A stretch of DNA of 63,160 bases, filler included, from Intoshia linei (lineage: Eukaryota > Animalia > Orthonectida), in the NCBI GenBank assembly GCA_001642005.1. It is 4 parts of 4 records of this genome, joined end to end, with 100 filler letters (N's around TTAATTAATTAA, not from the genome) between each part and the next. Parts side by side here need not be neighbours in the genome. Positions count along the whole stretch, not along the records: positions 45,051 to 58,832 come from LWCA01000994.1; positions 58,933 to 63,160 come from LWCA01001961.1; 2 more parts are not named here. One strand, written 5' to 3'. How positions within the stretch are numbered: the first letter of the stretch is position 1; every line of letters starts with the position of its first letter. The position numbers and the translations under genes are program-made. Below the pieces are notes generated by a model. The model was not told the DNA's origin. It ran no database searches and was given only the letters and a program-made list of their open reading frames with translations. Below are positions 53,722-63,160 of this stretch, piece by piece.

Positions 53722-56273
53722 TTATTTTATTACATGGGTGAACACGTTTAAATTGAAATTGTTATCAACAAAAAAAACGTTGGATATACCAACTATATCT
53801 TCTGTTATGTGGGATTTGTATATAAAAAAATATTGGCCTTTTTTCATCACCGTTTCATTACAGAAGCAAACTTGTCGGAATTCTTTATAACAAAAAGAGT
53901 TGGTGGGATTTTGTAAATTGCTAGTACATATCTAAATTAATTTCATTGAATATTAAAAAAGCTATATTTTATTAACTTTTAAGTAAATAAAATATGATCA
54001 AAGCTTGTAATTTAGGTATAAGAAATATAAAAATTGTGATACATTCGTGCATGTTTATTCTACAGGTAAACCAATAATGTGTTTTATATAACTCCAGTTT
54101 TAGTTTGATAATTAATAGTTTACATTTAAAATACTTCCATTTTTAATTATACTGAACCCACAACTCATTAAAAATGGGAAAAACTGTTTAGAACTACATA
54201 TTCTTTTTACATTGGTTTTAATTAATCGTCTATTAACATGGTGTGTCGTGAAAAATTAAACTTCCAATACCTGTCAGACTAGACATTTTGGCGCGAGGTT
54301 TTTTATTATTTTTTTTGTTACTTAAACATAAATTGAAAATGATGTAAAGTAGAATTTAAAAAATTACATTAAATAAACATATATAATCGTTGTCATTTAT
54401 AGGATAATGGTTTACGGATAATATGTCAACCTCCCATTTTTTATTTTTCATTTCAACTTTAATATCAACACTTGCTGATACTTCAAATGTTGTAATCTAA
54501 AATATTATAAACGTGCATCATGCCGTGATAATATTGATATATACAGTGCAATCGCGATAAGTCAAATTGAAAATTGCACTTTGGGGATAAATAAATCGTG
54601 ATTTAGCTTGTTTCAAAATGATGTAAAATGTCAGAAATGCATAGTTACAATCATATTAATAGATGATATTTAATAAAATTGTAAATTTAACTTCGCGAGA
54701 TGCAAATTTAACACAATTATTTTTAATTTTACAATTAAGTTAATTTAAATGTATCTTTTATTTTTTGAGATAAGTGTGGTTTTTTTAGTAAAGATTTTTA
54801 AGATAGTCTAATCGATATAAACAATCTTTTATTTCAAAGGTATCAGTAAAATCACTATTTGACTGATGGGATTGAATAGTCTCATTAATGATATTTTTAT
54901 CAATTTTACCCAAAATTTTTATATTTGAATTGTTTGTTAAATTTCTATATTTGAACGGCATATAAATTATTAATTTTTAATTGTTAAAAAATTAATAAAT
55001 AAATATTACTTACTAATTTATTTGAATAGACGGATAAATTTAATCTGATGGAATCAATTTAACTTAGCGGGACACGTTTCATAGTATAATGTTATTGAAT
55101 ATAACTAACTTGGCGAAAATTTGACTTTTGAATTGCTATGAAAATTGTTATACATTTATAAAAGCGTGATTGCTTGTAATAAGCGCGATAGCACTGTAAT
55201 ATACATTTAATTTAAATATTGCAAAAACAGGCTTATGATCACTAATAGAAAAATTATGGATTGATGTATATAATTCGCAAACATCCCTATTTTTTTTATT
55301 ATAAATTATTCTATCGGTCCATGCTGGAAATCGTTGTTTCTCGCTAAAAAGGAAAAATAAGTGAATTCATTCCATTAATCACCTAGTGTCAAAAGTACAA
55401 GTTCCAAGATCGTATTTATATGTAGGTGGAAAATTAATTTCATTTTCGAAAAATGGTTTTAAAAAATCAACTTGATCAAACATTTTGGATAACTAGAAAT
55501 GGTATATTATAAAATTAATTTAAACTTGATCATGCTTGCTACTAAAAAGCTTGAATGTACTCTTTTTATCCACTTCATTTCCGGCAGTAAATTTCGTTAT
55601 TAGGTATTGTCGTAAATCGTTTCGACATAAATCAATGGAAAACGAGTATAATCTAAAGTTAAAATCGCCACTCCATAAAATAACACTAAAAATGTTATAA
55701 ATGTATGATACTACTAAAAATACTCATGATCTAGTAGCGATAAATACTTGGAGCTGTCTGAGGTTGAAAATTTTAAATTTTCTATGGTATATTTACAGTC
55801 TTCTACTCTCTGTTCAATGTTCTCCTCGTAAGATGTCATATGACATGTGACCAAACAAATTTTACGTTCGAAGCATTGCATTCTAATCGCAACGGCTCCT
55901 TTACCTCTCTAAATATTATTTTTTATAATATAACTATTAGAGTAAAATTACCATAAATAATCGTGTACTAGCACATAAACTTGTTGATATGTTAGAAATG
56001 TAGGGAATTAAATCAAATTTGGTATATACGGAAATGCTAATATTAACAGAACTCTTTGAAGCAATCTAAGAATATTATAGCCAACAGCTTTATAACATTA
56101 TAGTGGCTCTCAAATTTCGTAACATATTTTAACTACATTGAGACCACTCTTCAGAAATACAATTAAATTAGATTACTTCAAAATATCCGAGCTTAGAGAG
56201 AGATTCACGCAAAAATAAAATCCAAGTATATTCTGAGTAAAAAGAGCTGAACACAAATTTAACTTCTTGGAGT
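53722..56273 (-). CDS. INPP5K: Inositol polyphosphate 5-phosphatase, INPP5K/INPP5J-like, 5'-incomplete
   Basis: LQE, KGAVAIR, CH, WSGDFNFR, FPPTYKYD, PAWTDRI and SDHKPV. A distal exon QYFFIYKS...IVGISNVF resembles the end of a SKICH domain. C-terminal exon order is uncertain. Confidence 0.85.
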
Positions 56274-56437
56274 CTATAAATTAATATACAGGCTAATTAC
56301 TATATAACGGACTGAATTTTTCTGAAATACAAAAATTCCATTAAATTTTAACTTAAAATAACTAGCATTATAATTATAATAAAGCTTTTAATTTAATTTA
56401 AAAAAATTTACAGGTCGTATAGTTGCATCCAGTTAAC

Positions 56438-56996
56438 TAGTGATTGTGATTTCCCGAGAAGTGACAAAAGTCGAAAACCGGGAAATTTAATTTTTAATTT
56501 CCCGGATAAAATAAAAATTTTTTATTTATATATAATATAGAAGGATTAAAAATTTTAGAAACAAAAAGAAATATAATAAATGCAATAACACGAGTCTAGA
56601 TTGAAATTTACAAATTTAATTAGAAAAAAATTTATTTATTTTAGATTGTTGAAAAGTATTGGAAAAAGAATATTTTTCCATTAAGGGCTGGAAAATTAGA
56701 TTTTTTATTTGTGGTTTGATGAAGTGGATTTTTTTCATAAGATTTCGTAAAATCAGATTTTTCAAAAGAATATTGGTGTAAGTCAAGTTTTCCATCAGGA
56801 CTTGAAATGGTATTTTTAATTAAATTTTATTAGTGGTGGGATTTTTAAAATAGTAAATTATAAATATTATAATATACATATAATGTAATCATATTTTCAT
56901 AGTAATAACAAACATAAATCAAATACAGGTATGTCTCAATTTTTTTCGAGAAATCCCGGGAATTTTGTCCCGGTTTTTCCCCCGGCACAATCCCTA
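56438..56996. mobile_element. hAT MITE inserted in a family A copy
   Basis: TIR TAGTGATTGTG / CACAATCCCTA; TSD CAGTTAAC / CTGTTAAC; the flanks rejoin to match 59300-59350. Confidence 0.85.
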
Positions 56997-57313
56997 CTGT
57001 TAACACACACAAAAAATTTCAATATGAATAAGTGACGCCTTCACGGTCAAAAAAGCATTTTAGTGTTCATATTTTTTTTTTCCAGAATAGTTTATTAAAA
57101 CAACAAATGTAAAATAATTAACGGTTAAAAAATTAAAAAAAAATCTGATAGAGCTTATTCCAGTTAATATAAATACAAAATTTCAACTGCAGAAATCTAC
57201 GCATTCCCGGTGAAAAATAATTTTGAATATATTATCAACCAATATTTTTCAAATATTTCGATTAAAATATTGATTCTACAATTTTAAAAAAAATGTGTAT
57301 TGAACGTCTACAC

Positions 57314-58832
57314 TAGAGTGTTCCACTTTTTTTTATAGAAAAAGTATACCCCGGCAATGTTTCCCATTTACCTCAAGGGTATTATATATAAATTTGTAAT
57401 TCATAATATTAAGGTTTGTTCAGACGCGGACCGAATGAAATTTTAATAATAAATCAAAATGAACATAAAGTTATTTATGAATATTACCCGAATTACTATT
57501 CACGCTTTTTATAAAATGGATATTATTAAGCGTATCAAAATAAATTTAGATTAAATAAATAATTTACAAAATCACTAATCGAACCTTGATACTAACTTTC
57601 ACTGGAAATTCAGAATATTTGTAAATTTATAAAATTTACTATTTATTAATTATATAATAAAATTCTATAAACAACAACAGGACTCGAATAAATAACCAAG
57701 ATTTTAACTGTTCTGTTTTAAAATTAATTGCACCTCATACAGATGACTTACATGATAAAGATTATAAATACGGTCAATTTGATGTTATATCAGTAAAAAA
57801 AGCTGATATGGCATCCATTATTACAAATACCTCTATTCGAAAAATCAATTCAATTCTAAAACTGTCCAACAATGAATCAAATATACCAAGTAAAAGTGCA
57901 CTATTTTATAATATAAACAACATTTTAAAAAACTTTAATAAATGATGTAGCTTCGTTTAACATTAACTTGTATTTACATTTTGATGGCAAAGAATAATTA
58001 GATATGACGGCCATAAAAGTGAGAAACTGGCTGTTTGTATTTCTGGAGAAAATTATTCAATACTTATTACTTTTCGGTCAATAAATAATAGTAAAGGTCT
58101 TACAATATACCAATAAATTCTAAATGTCTTGGAGTTATTTATTATTAATGATAAAATATCAATGTTGATTTGCGACACAAGAAGCTCCAACACCGTATTC
58201 ATCAGGGTGTAATAACTTATTTGAAACAGATTTTGCCAAACTACATACGAAGGTTGTCGGTTTCATATATTAGACCTTATATTTAAACATGTTTTTTATA
58301 CTGTTTTTCAAGTTAATACAAATTGGCCCAATATTCCATTTTCGTTTGTAACAAAACTTAAAGAAAATTTAGTTATAAAATCTAAATATATCGGAGAAAT
58401 TAATATAGAACACAAAGCTAATTTACAGGGAAATTGGCGTAATGACTACAAAGAATTATCTGAACTAATAGATACTAATAAAATACCAAAAAAATGCAAT
58501 TATCAAATTTAAAAAGCCGGGTGCATTTCTAATTCTCGTTGGAATGCAAAAGCAGTATATGCATTGGATGAAACTTTTGAAACCATCGTTAAGTTGACAA
58601 TTACAAATTTTCACTGTTGATAACTTCGTCAAACTGTTAATAACTCGGTCACTTCTTTGGCAACTAAGATGTACTGTTTAAAAATTATCTTTATTATGAT
58701 AACAAAATGTTATACAGTCAAACAATAGATATTAACATTTTAATCATAAAGTTTTGTAAACCAAAAAAAAAAAAATTTTTTTAAAATATACATTTTATAA
58801 TCTATGGGGGTATGAGGGGGCAACAGAAGAAA
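57314..58832 (+). mobile_element. hATm transposon with frameshifted transposase pseudogene, right end lost in gap
   Basis: GTCTACAC|TAGAGTGTTCC terminus; motif remnants LHFDGK, LICDT, CRFHILDL, RNDYKEL and FKKPGA..SRWNAKAVY, with stops and frameshifts. Confidence 0.85.
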
Positions 58833-58931
58833 NNNNNNNNNNNNNNNNNNNNNNNNNNNNNNNNNNNNNNNNNNNNTTAATTAATTAANNNNNNNNNNNN
58901 NNNNNNNNNNNNNNNNNNNNNNNNNNNNNNN

Positions 58932-59710
58932 NTATATATATATATATATATATAATAGCATATTATAATTTGCTTTGTTTGTCTGTGTGTGTTACCGTTA
59001 TTTCACTAACTACCCGTGTTAGAATTTTGTAAACTCCACATGTCAATTAGAGTTTTTTCCGGGGGTATAATAAGATACATTTAAACCTCCCAAACTCACA
59101 TCTTACAGTTCAAAAACCCCAATTGTCCTTTTTTTTTGAAAATCAAACGAGTTGGAGCATTAAAAAAAATATATACGCTGATACAGATTTTAAAATCATA
59201 AATGTTATCATAAATTTAAATATAAAAAAATATATCTTCAGGGCCAAAACCCAAATTACCCTTCCTTTTTTATAATGAAAACAGCCCTATAATTTATAAA
59301 AATTTACAGGTGGTACAGTTGTATCCCTTTAACACACACAAAAAATTTCAATCTGGTCAAGTGACGACTTCACAGTCAAAAAACCATTTTAGTATTCATA
59401 TATTTTTTTTCCGAAATATTTTATTAAAACAAAAAATTTGAAATAATTAACGGTCTGAAAATTAAAAAAAAAGATTATTCTGATAGACCTTATACCTCTT
59501 GATATTAATACAAAATTTCAACCCCAGAAATCTACACATTTCCGGTGAAAAATAATTTTAAATATATTATCAACCAATATTTTTCAAATATTGCGATTAA
59601 AATAAAAACTCAAAATGTAAATATTCATCCTACAGTTTATAAAAAATGTGCATTGAACGCCTACACATTTCCAATAAAAAAATATGGGTGAAACTCTAAA
59701 TAATTCAATA
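58932..59710 (+). mobile_element. Helitron-like family A copy
   Basis: Colinear reverse complement of ~170-1090 (without the duplication). Confidence 0.8.
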
Positions 59711-59864
59711 ATTATAGTGTAAGTGTATAATTATCAAGTTCATTAAATTATAATAATAGCAGATATATGTGTATTTACGTAATTGTTCAGAATCAAAAAT
59801 AGTATAATTCAAGTTTAAAAATCTTAATTTTTAAACGACACCTTAAGGAACCTAATCTCTACTA

Positions 59865-60267
59865 CAGTCAACACTCGTGTCCGTTCAAATGTTCTTAAAA
59901 TCACATGATCGTAGTTTTTTGATCGTAAATCAAAAGATTGTATTTTATAATCGTAGTTAATATTAATTTTAATATATAATAATATTTGATCGTAGATCTA
60001 CAGACCCAAGTTAAAACTGAATTATTAAAATACTATATTATACCTACAAACCATATTACAAAAAAATTAGAAATATTCTATGGTGTTCACACCAGAGAAT
60101 ATATTTTTTATCGAATTCAATTATAAATTCTCATATTAGTATATTTTTAGGATCTTTTGATAGTGCACCGTCAACACTCTACTAAGTAAACATTTGGGAC
60201 TCGATTATTGTTTTCATTCTTGGAGATGTTCATTTTACAAAGGGTTCACATTATAGAGGTTTGACTG
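59865..60267. mobile_element. Tigger-like MITE with a nested 59876-60170 element
   Basis: Host TA|CAGTCAACACTC...GAGGTTTGACTG; insert flanked by a perfect TCAACACT duplication. Confidence 0.8.
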
Positions 60268-60450
60268 ACATTTTTACAAATTTTCCATATTATAAATAAT
60301 ACCGGAATTATTTTTGATTTCAAATTGCACAAGAGAATATAATCAAAAACAACATTTAACGAGTTATCCAGAATAAAATAATCATTATCTCTCAAAACAC
60401 GTATAATCTAAAAAAATTAAATTTTTTCAACAAATAAAATTTAAAAAAAC

Positions 60451-62042
60451 CTGACTAGTGCAACTTTCTTTACTCTGAATATTACATTTACTTTGAACAA
60501 CATTATAAATAATAGAAATAACGGTCCCCTTCAAAATAACATCACCAAAATTATCCATATAAATATTTTTCATTAAAAATTTTTCATAAACGTTTTGAAT
60601 CATTTGACTACAAAATGGATACTGACTAAATTGAATAAAAGAATTATCAAGTTGGCACATTAAATTTTTCTGTATAAAGAATTGATACCATGAAATACTA
60701 TTATCAAAATAATCATCATTATACTCCATTTTATATTTAACATTTTCAAAGCCATTGAAATTGAATAAATTGTTTACATTCTCGAAAGATTGATTCATAT
60801 TTTTAATTTTTTGAAAGTGATCACGTTGTTTAAAAAAATTTGTAAACCTATCAAAATCGTTTTTATAAGAATATCTATAAAATTTTTGATTTGGTATAAA
60901 AACATTGAATATTTTTGGCTGAATAATAAAATTAAATAATTTGAAAGAATTTAAATTTGGATATTGATCGGTAAATAGAATTGAATAAAATGTGCAATTT
61001 GTTAAATTGTTTACGTGGGACATTAAATTTGTCATATCTATTTCAGATTTCAATAAAATTAATAATGTTAAAGTTTGTTTTGTAGTGCATATTTGGTTTA
61101 AATAATTGTATGTATATTTGGCTAATGATTCATATTTTGTCTCGAAATTTAGTAATTTGTAGATGCACACAAATTTGTTGAATATATAGTTTGTAGAGGT
61201 AGATTCATTCAAAAGTTCATTTGATATTTTTTTATAGAAATCATCTGTAGCAATAATTATTTTGTTTAATTTCATTTTGAATAATAAATCTGATATTACA
61301 CGTGCTTTAACTGTGTATGATGTATCAAATTTAATAAATTCAATTTTTTCTTGGTTAGGAATTAAATTATTAAAGTGTCTCTCGTTTTCATTTTCCATGG
61401 CATGTTTAAATTTAAACGCCTTTTTAAAGTCACTATTTACCATATTAGTCATGTAATTATGTCTATAATCATTTTGATATATTGCATAATCATTGACGAC
61501 ATTTACATCTATAAAAATATTTCTTTTTGCTTGTCGATAAAACATTATGTCAAATAGTGGACCGTATCTTTTAAAATTATCGAATACTATCAATTTAGAT
61601 TCATTGTTGCCATTTATAATTTTTTCTAAATGTTTGATTCTACGGTAAACATCATTACAAGAGTCGAGAACTATTGAATGTAATTTACTTGTTTTTATTG
61701 TGTAATTTTCATTTGGTGTTAAATATCCACGGTACAACTTTTTTTCTTGAGCGTAATTTACTATTCTCATTAAATTTATGTAGCCATTATATATTGATTT
61801 ATTCTTTCCTTTACAATCTTGCATAGTAAAATAATTTTCTGTTGACACATTATCGTACATGTCTGTCAATATTATTAAATCTGATTTTTGCATTTCCTGG
61901 ATGTATTCATTGTCAGGGATTACGTAGTTTTGTGATATTTGACAAGAAATTGATTCATTTGATGGGATGTATTTGTTATTACTTTTTAAATTATATTCGC
62001 TTAGGTTAAAAGTATTTTTATTCAAATTTTCTGATATTGGGA
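60451..62042 (-). CDS. Large internal exon; probable divergent class C GPCR (mGluR-like) Venus-flytrap domain
   Basis: 530-codon open frame bounded by CTTAG| and CAG|GT. Ordered motif echoes: DLII...C, KLHSIVLDSC, TSYTVKARVISDLL, NSISWYQFF...C, and a terminal C..C. Confidence 0.55.
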
Positions 62043-62752
62043 TCTAAGTTGAATATTACATGTATAATATACATATAATATTAATAAATTATATATCATT
62101 TAATAATTAATATTATACATTGTATATTTTTAATTTTTTTATTTTCTAGGACTCGTTTGATTTAAAAAAAGGATAGTTGGGGTTTTTGACCGGGAAGAGG
62201 TAAGTTTGTGACATTGACATTTATTTTAATTTCTACCGCGGCAATATCTGACTTAAAATTTGTGTTTATTAAAATTTTACGACTCTTAGTTAATTGTAGA
62301 AACTGCAACACACAGACATACATACAGATATTCAATGGTATATAAGTAAGATTAGCAGTGGAACTCTTCACTATAGAGCCTATCATTCGTGTTTCTCTAG
62401 TTAAGCCATTACGTTATAAGTATAAATTAAAAATATTTGGACAAAATTATGTATGATTATTATTAATCTCAGCTGAATCATGAAAATTACAAAGATTTAA
62501 TTAAGTTTGTGACTGAGAATACATAATACTTAATTTTGTAATTTTCAGTAAAAAAGTTACCACGGATCACAGCTGAAACTACCAAGCTAAATGTCACCAG
62601 AATATGAAGAATAGACAGAAAAATCATTTTGCAAACGATGCGTAATGTCAAAAAAATAGCATAAATCTTGAACATGTTACTAAAGTGATAGTAAAATTTT
62701 CATTACATATAACTATTTCTAACTTAATTAATGTAAATCAAAATATTTTGAA

Positions 62753-63160
62753 TCCTTATCTATATAATAAAATTGAAGGTTGTTGTTTCTGTATGTCTGT
62801 TTGTCTGTTTGTGTGTTATCGTTGCTTTAAAAACAAAAAGTCCTAGAATTTAAACAAACACAAATTCCAAGTTAGATTTTTCCAGTTAAGAAATTGAAAT
62901 AAATTACAATCTCAGAAACTTACTTCTTTCTGGTCAAAAACCCCATTTATCTTTTTTTAAATCAATGGATAATTATAACTTATATAATATGCCACGCGAC
63001 TTTTGTTTGTGTGTGTGTCTGTCTGTTCCACTTTATTGAAATAACTACCACTCTTAGAATTTTTTAAAGACCACATTTCAAATACAGTTTTTTCCGGAAC
63101 GTTTAATAAGATAAATTCCAACCTCCCAATTTCACATCTTACGGGTCAAAAACCCCAGTT
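62753..63160 (+). mobile_element. Two tandem Helitron-like 5' ends (62753 and ~62972)
   Basis: A|TCCTTATCTATATAATAAAA + GTCT repeats; the second copy is near-identical to the reverse complement of 920-1110. Confidence 0.7.

Noticed and set aside
1594-56273. PI3K and a phosphoinositide 5-phosphatase in one window as a functional cluster
   Set aside because: ~48 kb apart, separated by unrelated genes and two gaps; likely coincidence.
1-63160. CRISPR arrays, tRNA/rRNA, spliceosomal snRNA, RNase P/MRP, SRP RNA, prokaryotic systems
   Set aside because: No repeat-spacer array or diagnostic conserved motifs seen by eye; the locus is clearly spliceosomal-eukaryotic.

Overview
Very AT-rich animal (metazoan) genomic scaffold with dense, tiny GT-AG introns (many 31-45 nt) and three padded assembly gaps. 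This style resembles highly compacted invertebrate genomes such as orthonectids (inference only). The ORF track misses most genes because they are spliced. By manual splicing I read: class IA PI3K catalytic subunit (+), a small PHD-finger gene (+), a C2-PDZ protein of the RGS3/PsGEF N-terminal type (+), a co-oriented minus-strand trio EAPP-HUS1-iRhom, NOC2L (+, partial), TIA1/TIAR (+), a centrin-like EF-hand protein (-), UBALD (+), an INPP5K/J-type inositol 5-phosphatase (-) and a large exon resembling a very divergent class C GPCR Venus-flytrap domain (-). Intergenic DNA and long introns are full of DNA transposons: hAT/hATm MITEs with TSDs, Tigger-like MITEs, an IR/DR Tc1 element and a Helitron-like family, with several nested insertions. 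The most intriguing unexplained signal is a ~530-nt GC-elevated, multi-hairpin segment filling EAPP intron 1. It has a possible pseudoknot and 3' H/ACA-like boxes, making it a candidate intronic structured RNA (telomerase-RNA-like or sno/scaRNA). All family assignments come from remembered motifs, not database searches.
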